This document shows positions 24,108-37,306 of a stretch of 64,000 bases of DNA, in pieces. A program made the position numbers and the translations under genes. Location of the stretch: the NCBI GenBank assembly GCA_951406725.2, contig OX597821.1, forward strand, positions 118,420,001 through 118,484,000, written 5' to 3'. The notes beneath the pieces were generated by a model. It was not told the DNA's origin. It saw only the letters and a list, made by a program, of their open reading frames with translations, and made no database searches. Each line of letters opens with the position of its first letter. The stretch's first letter is position 1. The stretch is from Octopus vulgaris (Eukaryota).

Positions 24108-27060
24108 ATATCCTTAAATCCCTAAAAATGTTTCAGCTCGAAGTTTGCGGCCATGCTGGGGCACCACCGTTGAATGACTTACACTAGTATGTGAAACTAC
24201 CTCTATACGTGGCACTTGGTCAACAAGGGAGTTCGACGCCGCTGCTCGCGTTTGTGTTTCCTGCCGAGAGGTAGGTTCATCTGGAACCCCTGACAAGAAG
24301 AGATCCACTTTAGTTTTAAAGAAACCCACATCCACACAATGCAAGTCTCTCAGACATTTAGGAAGGATATTGAAGAGCTGTGGTCCCTTGAAACCCAAGC
24401 TGTTGCAGTATCTGGTCCTGTATTTTGATGGCGATGTTGGGATCTTTGGCACCATGCAGTGGCGCCCCGTTCTGCTGTTGTGGTAACTTTCAATACCAAA
24501 ATTCGGGACAAAACCCTCCAGGATTTTTCAGATGTATATTGCTGCATATCTCTCCCACCTTCGTTCCAGGGAGAAGAGTTTTAATACTTTCAGTCTTTCC
24601 CAGTAGCTGATATATTTTCTTAGTGTAGCTTCGCTGGATTGCTTCGATTTCTGCTGTTAACTTTATATTGTGTGGTGACCACAGTTGGGAGCAGTAGTCC
24701 AAGCGGCTGAGGACGAATGTCTTCCAAAGGACAATCAGTGTCTCCTTCTCTCTTGTTGTTCTGAAAGTTCTGAGGATCCATCCAGCTAGCTGTCTGCATT
24801 TTATTACCAAATTGGCAATATACACTTGGAAAGATGCATTATTGCTCATGTCAATGCCCAGGTCATGCACTGATTTTGATTCAGGAATTGCAATTCTTCC
24901 CGGGCCAGTGTATCCGTTCTGCATGTCGTTCATCTTTGTGTGCCAGTAGCGCAGGGCTTGGAACTTACCTGCATTAAACTGCTTGTTGGTGCCCTCATCC
25001 CACCTGTATATTGTATCCAACTCCCGTTGCTGATGTGCAATATTTCCAGGGTTTTGTATTGTCTGACAGAATTTTGTGTCATTTGCATAGATAGCAAGGG
25101 TGGCCATCTTAGCAACTGAGGGCATGTCTGAAAGGGCCACTATGAACAGCAGTGGCCCCAAGAGAGTGACCTGTGGAACACCACTTGTTATTTGTGTTTC
25201 CTTGGAGATGGCTCCATTGGCCACCAGAGCCTGCCTTCTATCTTTTAGGAAATTGTGCAGCCACTCTCCAAGTTTTTCGCCTATACCGAGATCACGCAGT
25301 TTATGAGAGATCATATCATGGTCGACTTTATCAAAGGCTTTTGCAAAGTCGAGATATATCACATCCACACTTGAGCCATTTAGTAGCTGTTTTAACACCC
25401 AGTCATAGTGTTGCAGGAGCCGTGTTACACAGCTTCTACCTGGTCAAAATCCATGCTGGGTGTCAGTCAGCAAGTCATTTTCTTCAAGGAACATGATTAG
25501 TTTCTGGGAGACTATTGGTTCCATAACTTTGCTGATGTGTGAGGTCAGAGAGATAGGCCTATAAGTTTTAGCATCTGCTCTGCTTCCTCCTTTATGAATA
25601 GGGCATATTATTCCTCCTTTCAATTTGACTGGTAGCTTACCACTTGCAAGAAAATTCTGAAAAAGAAGCTGTAGTGGTTTTGCAAGGGCTCGTTTGCACG
25701 ATTTGAGAAGGATCTCTGGTATTCCATCAGGTCCAGCAGCTGAGTTTGTGTCAATCTCATCTATGGCTAGTGTGATATCATCATCTTCAATGTTGATGTA
25801 CTCAACTTTTGCCTCTTTGGCTACAGGTAAAGTGGCAAAGAATTTTTCTGGTTTGTTTACTTGCCTGTGTTCTAGAGGTGTAGTGAACACACTTTGGAAC
25901 TGTTCGTTCAGCATTTCACTTATCATCATGGGAACCATCTTTTTGGAAGAGCGGTCCTATCCTCTGGCGCACTGTGGCCGCCTCTTTGGCAAACTTAAAG
26001 AAGGCTTTAGGGTTTAATTTGATATTTTCTATAACCCAAGCTTCTTTATCTGCTCTCTCCTTTTCATGAGACTGATGTAGACTTTTCTCACCACTTTTGG
26101 TGTACTTGCTCAGGCAGTTCGCAATCCTTGCCCTTCGTCTCATAAGAATCTTCCTTTCCCTAGGGATCCTGCTTTTGTGTGTGCTGGCCGTGCACACTGG
26201 AACATATTTGTTATATATGGCTTGTATTATGGACATGAAACGTTTGTGTTTCATGTCAATGTCTGGTGTGGAAAGACATTTAGGCCAATCTTGTTTGAGG
26301 ATCTCTTTCTCAATCAACTTTCAATTTACTTTATGAAAGTTTAGTTTGGAGAGATTGTGGATGCTTCGTAGAGGCTGTGCGCCTGCGGGGGCTTTTGGTC
26401 CATACATAGGCTGCCCTGGTTGGTTGCAGCACAATTTGCTCAATGAAAGAGGCATTTGTGATGTCGAGCCGGGACTCTGCCTGTGCTTGCTGATGGTGTG
26501 TCATTCCTGGGAGCATCTGCCCCCCCCCCCCAGGCCATTCCACTGTGGGGAAGTTAAAGTCACCCATGAAGAATACACTGTTGTGTTGTTCCAGTTTGGT
26601 GAGAACTTCTATTTTTGTTAGGCAGTCTTCAAACATGCCTGTGTGATTTGGGGCATCCGGTGGGCAATATGTAGTATATAAGACGATATTTAGTTGTCTT
26701 TTGTGTACAATTTGAGAATCACACACTGAATTTCATTCTGACAACAGGACCTGGAGTGTGAGGTCATCTCGGATGTACACTGCAACTCCACCATGACTCC
26801 TCTCTTTTCTATCTGAGCGTATGACAACATATTACGGTATGTTTATTTCTGCATCCCCTATATCAGTTCCAAGATGCGTTTCTATGAGTGCCATGCATAG
26901 AGGTTGATTGCATGCCGCAAGGTCTCTCAGGAATGAGATTTTCCTTTTATAGTTGCCGTGCAACAGCCCTTCTACGTTTAGTAGGAATATTTTTGTGACG
27001 TGTGTGTTGGTGTTTGTGGTGGCCATCCTGCATCTGTTGGTGGTGGCCTTATGTGGTGGT
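24108..27060 (-). mobile_element. CR1-like LINE ORF2 (APE endonuclease + RT), frameshifted
   Basis: LNVEGL, ETHL, MGDFNFP, AGPDGIP, YRPISLTS, YLDFAKAFD, GVPQ and SRLDYC motifs across ORFs 27026 to 24114. Confidence 0.92.
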
Positions 27061-27389
27061 AGTTCCAGCTTTGTGTTTGTAGCCAGGTCAGCCGCTGGAC
27101 AATTTAATTGATTTAACTGAAGTGATGCTTGCAGACAATGTATTGAAAAGATACCATATACATGGCAGATCCAGCTTGGATCACCAAGAGCTGTAGTTAA
27201 GTTCTGATCTTTGTGGATGTTAAAATGTCTTGTGAGGGTTCTGTTAGATTTGTAGACCTTATGTCATACACGGCAGTAAAAGATATGCACAGATACATAG
27301 GCACAGTAGTTGGTGGAGGTTCATTTGTCATTGATCTTCAAATGAAATTTGAGCCCAGCAAAAAAAAGCTTGGTCTGTCACAAACTGTG

Positions 27390-28680
27390 CACAGAAAAAG
27401 GTGACTGAGATTCACTTTCTCGATCGCAACATCCTTCTTTAAACCTCTTTTGATTCTTGCATATCCTGGCCTCCTTAGACGCTTTCATTCCACTCCACAT
27501 TTTTTATGTACTATCCAGCTCGATCTGAAGCAACGGTTTCAATGGCTTTTGGATCCATTTGTAGTGATTTTACGGTAGTTCTTATGCCGTCCTTAAACCT
27601 CTTTTTAGGTTTACACCGATTGTGTTTCCCCTCTGCATTCTTTTCATAAAACAGCTGTTTCGGTGTGCGTTCATCTGCCATTCGAACAATATCACCAAAC
27701 CATCTCGTGTAACTTGTTTAGAATCATTGATTTAATTGAGGTGATGGTTGCAGTCGCATAGACATCTGTCTGGAATGAAAAAAAGCCCCATTTAACCATT
27801 TAATGTTTAGAATGCGTCGAAGGCATTTTGGTGGAATCTTCGAAACAATTTGAAATTACTTTCATAACACGTCCATGTTTCAGAAGAATACGACTGGGAT
27901 AGGAAGTCAAATGATTTGTGAAGAGCTTCCCAAGTAAATGAAAGCGTCAACAACCTCAAGTTACTTATCCATAACGAAGCTTTTTAATGAGATGCAAACA
28001 GGAGCACGAGCCGGTTGAAATTTTACTACTGTTTTTTCAAGCTGATGGTCAACCCCAAGCTGTGTCAAATGCAGATACAAGAGATTGCAGTCCCGTTTCA
28101 GAGTAACTGAGAAGATCGCAAGCGTCAGCGTATAAGAATTCCTTAATGAGTGAAGTAAAAACCTTTGTTTTGAATTTCAGGCGGGTTAGATTAAAAACAT
28201 TCATTGTCCGATATTTTGTGTAAATACCCTCCTCGGAGTTTTGAAAAGCCTGTGACAGCAGAACAGAAAATTATATAGCAAAGAGGGTGAGTGTATCAAG
28301 GTCTCTTTGCTCTACTCAATTTTCCACAGCAATAGATTCAGAGAGCCTACCACCAAAATTAACTCCTGCCTTCATATCTTGATGCAAAGTTCTGATCATG
28401 TTCACAAATTTTTCCGGGAAACCTATTTTCCCTACAGTTAGCCACAGAGCATTTCAATTAACAGTATCAATTGTGTTGGTTAAATCAACAAAGCAATGGT
28501 ACAAGGCAAGATTCTGTTCTGTTCAATGCACTTTTCCTGAAATTGTCTGATACTAAAGTTACGATCAACTGTGCCCCTGGAGAAGCGAAAGTCACATTGA
28601 GACTCAGATACTATATTTGGTACTATGAAGGTATTTTCAATTCCTAACAGAATGTGGTGATTTACCTTTCCAACTGCTGA
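27390..28680 (-). mobile_element. Degenerate RTE-clade LINE (RT to 3' region)
   Basis: Minus strand: CFVDLT, LYADACDL, PKQLFY and KPKKRFKD motifs. Confidence 0.8.
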
Positions 28681-28801
28681 TTACACCATCCAGAAAATTA
28701 CATATATTAGAAATATTAACATTAAAATAACAATAAAATGTCAAAGATTAAGTAAATTGCAAAAAAATAAATAATATTAATAACTTATATAAATTGTAGA
28801 A

Positions 28802-28890
28802 TAACGACACGTGTTTCGTGGCTATATTTAAGAAATGGTTATAGTGGTAGAGAAATCACTTCGAAATCAATATAGTCACTCATCAGGTTA
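28802..28890 (-). ncRNA. Type I hammerhead ribozyme (Penelope-type, palindromic stem III)
   Basis: TAAC-CTGATGA-GTGACTATAT...ATATAGCCAC-GAAA-CACGTG-TC-GTTA; GUC triplet at 28808-28806. Confidence 0.75.
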
Positions 28891-28932
28891 AAAATAAACT
28901 AGAATAATAAAATAATTAATTAATAAATATAC

Positions 28933-28986
<54 letters not shown>

Positions 28987-29576
28987 ATACTAAATATACA
29001 TAATTGAAAACTAAAACAATACTTAAACTATTATATACTTTCAAATTCAATAAAATACACAAATACACAAATCATTAAATTGTAATCCAAATAAGAAATG
29101 GTTCAAATATAGACAAACTCCTTAAATAAGCTAACCATATAATCAATATACATGTGTAGTATCTATAGATTTAATATAACAATCTATAACAAAGTTGACT
29201 AAATATCAAATAATATAATACCAAATTAACTTAAAATTTAATATTACAAATAAAGAAGCCATCTAATAATTACTTAATATAATATCTGACTACATAAATT
29301 CTCAAATTAAATTAAATCAAAGGTAATTCGTTAGATCACTTTATATATATATATATATATTTAAAAAGAAAAAAAAAATATATATATATATATATATATG
29401 ATATTCTATAATTATATGCATAATTATAATCAGGGGTCAGCTAATTGCTTCGCCACGTACCGAAATTAGAAATAGACGTTAATGTCATTTTCAACTACCA
29501 TAAGTATCTCCGAGACAATTGCACTCATTTCTACGTAGGTAAAAAGAAAAATGATGAATCCACACGACTTCGATTA

Positions 29577-29638
29577 ATTACACACGCGTTTCGAGATTAA
29601 AGTAAATTATATTTGCCTATTTCTCTCCTCAGTGTAAT
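29577..29638 (-). ncRNA. Type I hammerhead-like motif with GUG at the cleavage site (likely inactive)
   Basis: ATTACA-CTGAGGA-GAGA...TCTC-GAAA-CGCG-TG-TGTAAT. Confidence 0.6.
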
Positions 29639-29693
29639 ATTTCGAATTATAAATTTGCGAATGTTAGGATTAAATATGAACGCGATATATATA

Positions 29694-30019
29694 GAGGCGC
29701 AATCGCCCAGTGAATAGGGCAGCGGACTCGCGGTCGTCGGATCGCGGGTTCGATTCACCGACCAGGCGTTGCGAATGTTTATTGAGCGAAGACACTTAAT
29801 GTTCCATAAGGCTCAGCTTCTCTCACTCTTTCTTTCTGTTTCTGTACTTGAAGGGGCCAGCCTTGTCACACACTGTGTCACGCTGAATCTCCCCGGGAAC
29901 TACGTTAAGGTAACACGTGGCTGAGGAGTGGTCAGCCACTTACACGTTAATTTCACGTGCATGCGGTTCCGTTGATCGGATCAACTGGAACCCTCGTCGA
30001 TTTAACCAACGGAGTGCCA

Positions 30020-30023
<4 letters not shown>
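29694..30023 (+). mobile_element. tRNA-derived SINE
   Basis: A/B boxes; body shared with 46715-46957. Confidence 0.85.
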
Positions 30024-30084
<61 letters not shown>

Positions 30085-30094
<10 letters not shown>

Positions 30095-30720
30095 AAAATA
30101 AAAACTGGGACAAGAACGTAAAACATTTAGAAGACGATACAAAAATCACGGACGGGACATTCGAAGCCTTCAATCTTCAGTCAAGAACCGGATCATCCTA
30201 GCAATTTTTGCTGATTAATCTTGAGATCGCTCCGATCCGGCCAGCCCCAAGGAAAAACTAAGCTACGAGCATTAGATTTCTTGGAAGAAGGATCGAATGT
30301 ATACGAAACAGGGACAGAAAAACGGACGATGCCACACGAATATAAATACAAAAAACAATAATGGTAAAAACAGGACAAAAACAGCGGATGTCTTACGACT
30401 AATAAACAGTACAAGTTTAACTGGCGTATTTGGAAAAAATGCCTTTATCGGCAGACGAAGACAACGATGTTCTTACAGCAGTGGTTGGAGGCCAAAAAGG
30501 CTGATTTGACGAGCGGTCACGTGAGAGAAGAGAGAGAAAAGAAAGGAGGCAAAGGAAACAAAGAGAGAGAGAAAAAGAGGGACGAAGACAACAAAGGGGG
30601 AGAAGAGAGAGAAAGAAGGAATTAAAGAGGGGAGAAGAAAGAGTGCGTGCCAAGGATTGGCTTGTAAGTGCAAAGTGAGAAAGACAGAGAAATGTGAGAG
30701 AGTGGGGGAAGGGTTATAAA
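30085..30720. repeat. Interspersed repeat between (TA)n tracts, probably a Penelope-type terminus
   Basis: Strongly strand-biased purine tract bounded by TA repeats; no ORF. Confidence 0.4.
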
Positions 30721-31557
30721 TATATATATATATATAAATACACACACACACATATAGTATTTATTCTAACGTTACACCTTAAGAAAATATGCAGTAATAT
30801 CAAATTAATTTATATCTTGCCACATACATTCTTCAGTAAATATTTAAAATTAACGTTCACAACATCATCTTCCTTTCTATACACTTCAGCGTTCGTTTGA
30901 AAATTGTAAAATAAATTATTTTCGTATGAAGAACTGAATTATGCCTTCTGACTTTGGACTTTCACTTTCGTCACCATGATATTCAATCGTGAATGTTATA
31001 ACATTTAGTACATGTTTCAAATAAATGTTCACTATTTCTACTTTGTTACATTGGTGTCGCATAATAATTTTTGCTAAATTACTGGCTTTTCATTATATTA
31101 TAGCATAACTATGCTACAGAAAGTATGTTCCGCACCTATATTGACCACATTTATTAACTTTTGTTAAATTGGTGACTTGCCGTATTTTTTTTATAGAATA
31201 ACTATGCTACAGAAATTATGTTTGGCATCTATATTAACTTCATTTCATTTCACTTGAACTTCGTATCTGTACATTTTGCTCTTTTCAATATGATCAATTC
31301 TATGAGTGTGTGTTTCTGCGTTCCTCACGTTTATAGTAAACTATAGTAAAGAACATTTCATGTTGTTTTTATGACACCACATCTAATGAAGTAGCCATTC
31401 TTATGGTTAGTGACCCCCATGAAAATCATGATATTCTCATTCGGGTTCGAGATAACAATCTTAATCATATTTCACAGACTCATCCCTCTTATCATGCTCT
31501 CCAGTAAACTCTTATTTTGTGGAATGGGCAGGATGGGTATCATTTCAATATTCAATT

Positions 31558-31692
<135 letters not shown>

Positions 31693-31839
31693 ACTTATGA
31701 GATTATGAGATTAATTCTGAAATTGATTCAATATAGAATTAACGAACTTTTTAAAAAAATTCTATCGGCCGGCTTGCCCGATTTCAGTTCTTCGTGTTTT
31801 TTTCTGTAGCGAGTAAATAATATGTGGAAATATGTATAC

Positions 31840-31909
<70 letters not shown>

Positions 31910-31911
<2 letters not shown>

Positions 31912-32215
31912 AGGCGCAATGGCTCAGTGGTTAGGGCAGCGCACTCACGGTCGTAGGATCGCAGTTTCAATTCCCAGACAGGGCGTTGTGAGTGTTTATT
32001 GAGCGAAAACACCTAAAACTCCACGAGGCTCCGGCAGAGGGTGGTGGCAATCCCTGCTGTACTCTTTCGCTACAACTTTCTCTCACTCTTTCTTCTGTTG
32101 GCCTGCTCGCTTAGCCAGCGGGGTAGCGTCATTTGAAGGCTAAAACAATGCGAAGCGCATTGTGACCAGCGATGTGTAGCAACATCTGATAGCCTGATCG
32201 GTCACGGTGATCATG

Positions 32216-32220
<5 letters not shown>
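31910..32220 (+). mobile_element. Full-length tRNA-derived SINE
   Basis: A box TGGCTCAGTGG, B box GTTTCAATTCC, 3' (CACGGTGAT)-like repeats. Confidence 0.9.
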
Positions 32221-32274
<54 letters not shown>

Positions 32275-32300
32275 ATGTGTGTGTGTGTGTATGTGTGTGT

Positions 32301-32497
32301 GGAGGCGCAATGACCCAGTTGTTAGGGTAGCGGACTTACGGTTGTAGGATCGCGGTTTCGATTCCCAGACCGGGCGTTGTGAGTGTTTATTGACCTCCGG
32401 CAGGAGGTGGTGGTGATCCCAGCTGTACTCTTTCGCCACAACTTTCTCTCACTCTTTCTTCTTTTTGCCTGCTCGCTTAGCCAGCGGGGTGGCATCA
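32301..32497 (+). mobile_element. tRNA-derived SINE, truncated
   Basis: Same family as 31910. Confidence 0.85.
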
Positions 32498-32959
32498 ATA
32501 ACAACAATAAAAATATGTATGTCTGAATATATATGTGTATGTATATATATACTGTTTTGGTACATCATTGATTTTTTTGCTTTTTAAGGCTACAGCCAGC
32601 CATGCAGTTGAGATTGACAGCGCCATCAACAATCATGAGTTAGTTAATCAATTTAATCAATCAATCAATGTTGTTATCGTGCAAAGCCTGTGCAGGAAGA
32701 TTTTTTTTTTAAGTGAGGAAAGGCTGTGCACTGAGTCAATTCCACTCACTAAGCAACAGCAGCCATAATCCGAAAAGAAGAACAAGTCAACATCATCGGT
32801 AACCACTGAGCCGCAGGTTTTATGTCGGAGTTATCCCAGTTACCTGAGTTACCTTCTCCTAGAAGGATGCCCTAACAAAGGCTAGGAGTCCTTCACTCCC
32901 AATGGTTTAACCGCGCGATCGGGTATTCAGTCCGATTATTTCTATGTCCTCTGGAGTCG

Positions 32960-33600
32960 GCGAGACATATGCAGAAAAACAAAGATAAATGTGTACAAGG
33001 CATCTGTGCTCCCTTCTCTTCTCTATGCCTGCGAGACGTGGGCCACATATCGATACCACCTTAAACAACTGGAACGTTTCTATCAGATGTGCCTCAGACG
33101 GATCTATGGCATTAAGTGGAAGGACTGCTTCAGTGACCTTGAAATATTGGAAGGCTCTTGGTGTGAAAGTATAGAGGCTCTTGTGTTAAGGCGAAGGCTC
33201 AGATGGAGTGGTCATCTGGTCAGGATGAAGGATTCAAGGATGCCAAAACAACTCTTTTGTGGAGAGTTAGCTAAAGGAGAACGACCTCCACATAAACCAA
33301 AAAAGAGGTATCTCTCCTGACACATGGGAAGGCATAGTTATTGATCGTAGCAGGTGGAGAAGGATTGTGCACAAGCGGACAGCCACTTTTGAGAAATCTC
33401 GAGTTGCACATGAGAAAATAAGGAGGGATGTCAGGAAGGGCATCGCTGTTACACTTCCAGATGGGAAGGGTCTTCCTATGATGCTGACATGCAATGTCTG
33501 TGCAAGATCCTGCCTCAGTGAAGCTGGACTCATGAGTAATCTTCGTAGTCATAAAGCGAGACATATGAGTGACAACCTGGCCACTGGTGTGGTGTAACAC
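32960..33600 (+). mobile_element. RTE-clade LINE 3' fragment
   Basis: LLYACETW, RLRWSGHLVRM.D.R.PKQL and C-terminal CxxC..GL..(H) zinc finger. Confidence 0.9.
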
Positions 33601-33896
33601 ACCATACTAATCATATCTGTCGGGCATGTGGGAGAGAGTGTAATTCGGCAGGAGGACTTAAATGACACGCAAAGGTACATGAAGCCCAGTTACAACTGCA
33701 GCCGGCTATTACCGGTAAATGTTTTAGTTGCCAATTCTGTACAAGACATTGTAGATCTTTAGCTGGGCTAAAAAGTCACATTCGATCACAGCACCAGTAA
33801 CAGTTAAGCTTCGTGCAATAGCCATACTCGATAACGAGGGGGCAGCCATAATGTATGTATATATGCGTGTGAATGTATGTATATCTATATGTATGT

Positions 33897-33950
<54 letters not shown>

Positions 33951-33998
33951 TATACATACATTCACACACATATATACATACATACACATATATATTCA

Positions 33999-34066
<68 letters not shown>

Positions 34067-34504
34067 TACATTTATATATACATGTTCGTCCCTCCACTTT
34101 CAATGGGTCCTCAGTGCTGCTGAAATCATCCACCTTATGACATCGTCATTTAACAGCTTCCCCAAAATATGTGTAAGACTGTTCTAGTACTTTCTCCCAC
34201 CCACACTTAATCGACTGCCTGCCATATGAAGCAGCAGTCCAATCAAACAGCTTGTATTAGTAGTCACATGCCTGCTCTTCTAGTTAACGCCGCTGCAGCA
34301 GCAGCAGCAGCAGTATCCGTTCAAGAATTTGAACCTGGAGATCTCCATTTCCAGCGACTTCGAGAGCCACCTCCCAGTGGTGTCGGGCATCAACGAAGAG
34401 CTCTCGACTACAACAAGACGACCAAAGTTTTTTTCTAAGGTCTGTGGTCTCCCACCCCTAAGCCCAAGACCATCACCTAATCACCCTTACCCGTCTTGTT
34501 GCTT

Positions 34505-34561
<57 letters not shown>

Positions 34562-34575
34562 CAGCAGCAGCAGCT
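34505..34575. repeat. (CAA)n/(CAG)n trinucleotide repeat
   Basis: Direct reading. Confidence 0.9.
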
Positions 34576-34789
34576 GAAGCAACAGTCGTAAATAAGCCAT
34601 CATTAGTTGCCTAAAGAAATTAGTGTAGACATTATTAGGACTCGTAGGCCTTATTGTAATTATACACGTATAGTAATAATTGCGCAATTATAGTAGTGAA
34701 CTAGGAAATAACAAGACAGGGATTATATTTGTAATAATGACATTATTATAGTGAAGAAGAATTACCCAGAATGATTAATAAGTGGCGTT

Positions 34790-35580
34790 GTAATAACGCC
34801 GTCGTCGGCGACTAAACCGGTAACACCACTAAGCTTGCTTGGCGAGGAGAGTGGATTTTTGACACCCTGCGAGTTTAAAAACAAAACAAGGCAAAGGGCA
34901 GAGGAACTTAAAAAGTCAATGGCCACTCCGAAGTGGGGTAGACAGAACTCGTGAGCCTTGGATGGCAGTCTGTCTACGAGAAGGAATACTCTGATTTAAG
35001 GGTAGACTGGACCCCTCAGTCACAGTGGTGACAAACTGTCAGTGTCCAATGGTGCTATGCATGGAATGGTGGCAGATGAACCGTGAATCGGGACTTGACT
35101 CCGGAACAATATTTCGATGAAGATACGGGACCAACTGATGCAAACCTGTCCCCTAGTAAGAACCAAGATCATGACCCACAACACACAGAAATGCGAAGGG
35201 AACAACCCCAACTTATAGGTAGTAAGAGCTCTGCAATCCTGGTTGTCTCCTTCGGCAAGCCAACTGCGGAAGTGTGAGTATCTGGCGCCTTGAAATAACC
35301 AGTGCGCCGGGAAGGCTGTAACTTGAGTGGCAAGCAGTCTAAGAGAAGGAAAGCTTTGAGCTGAATACCAGGGGATCAAGGATCCTACCACCTAGGCGGA
35401 CCACCTTAATAAAGATGGTATCTTGATAAAAATACTGGTTGGTAGTAATCTAAAAACACACCTCATTTGTGGTTAAATGTGGCTGGTAAGGCACAGAAAG
35501 TGTGTCAATAGCCAGCTGGAGAAGATGTTCTCCTGGGGCTACAAACTACAGTAGCATCCATCCTTAGTGGTTGGCCATAT
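34790..35580 (+). repeat. GC-richer interspersed repeat, possibly an RTE 5' UTR
   Basis: GAAGGAATACTCTGATTT and ACCCTG...AAAAAC segments resemble RTE 5' ends; no ORF; recognition only. Confidence 0.35.
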
Positions 35581-36004
35581 TTAGATGGCAAATATACTTC
35601 ACAATGTGTTGCAGTTACTGTTTATACCTCGTTCAGAGATTTATTATTGCTTGTTTACACTTTTTCGAGATCAGTGACTTTTCGTCACTGGAAAAAAGAT
35701 AAATGTATTTGCATTGGGACCCCTTCGCATCGAAGACCGGTGGTTATTTTGAATTTTTCCTTGGATCTACGTCGAATTTTTTTCTGCTGCAAGCTAACTG
35801 TTGTGTCAATTCGTTTCTGTCTGTCCCTTTTGTTCTCATGTTACAAGTTTAAGTTTTAAACTGTTGTCTTTTTGACACACAGTAATTTTCGCCCTACGGG
35901 GCAGAACATTTCTGTTTTTTGTGCGAACTCTTAACCTTTACAGGTTATTTTTGAAAAATTCATTTTTTTCTTGTCATTTGTGACAAGTTTCTCGTGTTTT
36001 TGAG

Positions 36005-36665
36005 GTAGTGGACAAGATGGAGGTCATAGTACGGAAGTGGTCCGGAAGGCCTCTGTCTTTGAAGGGCAGGGCGGAGGTGGTGCCGGTGTTTATAGCATCT
36101 GTAATCACCTACCGCCTGTCCGTTGTGCCTTGCCCCGATTTTTGGCTAAACAAGCTGGTACGACTCCTCTTCCGCTTTTTGTGGAGACGGGGAAAGCCAC
36201 TTGTGAGGCGCTCCGTGTGCTGCTAGGAACCGCTAAAGGGTGGCTTGGGGATTCCCTGGCTAATGATGCACAGACATGCGTTGAGGCTGAGACTTCTCTA
36301 GTGCCACCTGGAAGGTGATAAGGTGTGGAGTCCGTTGGCGGAGGAGTTCTTGCCGTGACCCGCCTCTTTGGAGAGATTTAAACCCGGTTTCATTAAAAGA
36401 CGTAACCTGACTTTATGGCAGAAGGAGTGCCGGCAGCCACTCTGGCCGATCCACAAGACGGGCAAAGCCAGCTGCGGGAATACCACCTCGGTGTTCTATA
36501 GAGGGCTGGTAGAGGCTAAAAACGATGACGTCCTAGGAGGGGCTCAGGGGTTCGATGAGAACCAACTTGCCAACCTGTTCAAAAAAACTTTCAGGCCGGG
36601 CTACTTGGATAACTTCCCAAAATCCCTGACCTGGCAGTGCTACAGGAATGCATTACCTGTTCGCG
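36005..36665 (+). mobile_element. Tx1/L1-like LINE ORF2 fragment
   Basis: W..R.LSLKGR...FRFLW...GGLGIP thumb-region pattern; related to 50840-52400. Confidence 0.8.
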
Positions 36666-36772
36666 CAAAACAGCAGTTTCAAGTTTATGGTCGTGTAAAA
36701 GAATGCTTTGATTTCAATATACATAAATCATCCATAGAGAAGAACAAACAACATTTGATACAATTCATAATT

Positions 36773-36778
36773 TTTATT
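36773..36778 (-). other. Putative poly(A) signal of galaxin-like gene B
   Basis: AATAAA ~290 nt after the stop, followed by a GU-rich TGTTGTTTGTT ~20 nt downstream. Confidence 0.5.
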
Positions 36779-37067
36779 CATTATATTTTCTGAACAATGA
36801 TACTTTTAAAATTTAAACAAATTATCTCTGATTAACGAAAGGAAGTTAACGAAAGTCTTACAGGAAGAGAAGTAAGTGATTTACAACGTTTTATGTAATA
36901 CGTTAAAAAGGGTTTCAAAATCGGCCTCAGCGGCATTATATATCCTACATTAATAATAGCATCGTTGGTTATATTTTTAAAATTAACAATCTATATAATG
37001 AATGTAATTATTTATGTCATTGAATCATTGAGACAGGATTGAGCAAATTCTCACGTTACATTAGGAT

Positions 37068-37306
37068 TTACCAGCATACGAATTTATGATAAAAAGGCCA
37101 ATGATGATAACAGCAACCTTCGTAGTAGGGGCTTCCGGAGGTGTAAGGTATACTACCACAACAAGCATTATTAGTGGGATGTCGTTTGTGAACGAGATGG
37201 CCTGCGCAACACCTGAAATAGTATGTGTTATACCATCCACATGGTGAAAGTGATGGAGATGGTTGAGTTGATGGAGGTTGAGGCCAAATACCGATAGACT
37301 GCACAG
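37068..37306 (-). CDS. Exon 2 of galaxin-like secreted cysteine-rich peptide, paralog B
   Basis: Acceptor TTCTTATTTTACAG|CT; phase-1 join (G+CT=Ala) with exon 1; encodes C-CC-CC-CC-C peptide ending TGG TAA. Confidence 0.85.

Noticed and set aside
30145-30190. Minus-strand CTGAAGA plus hairpin
   Set aside because: GAAT instead of GAAA, and no valid stem III or stem I.
34226-34438. Faint likeness of RALDYNKTTKVFF to flavin amine oxidases
   Set aside because: Too short, ends in a stop, and no other oxidase motifs nearby.
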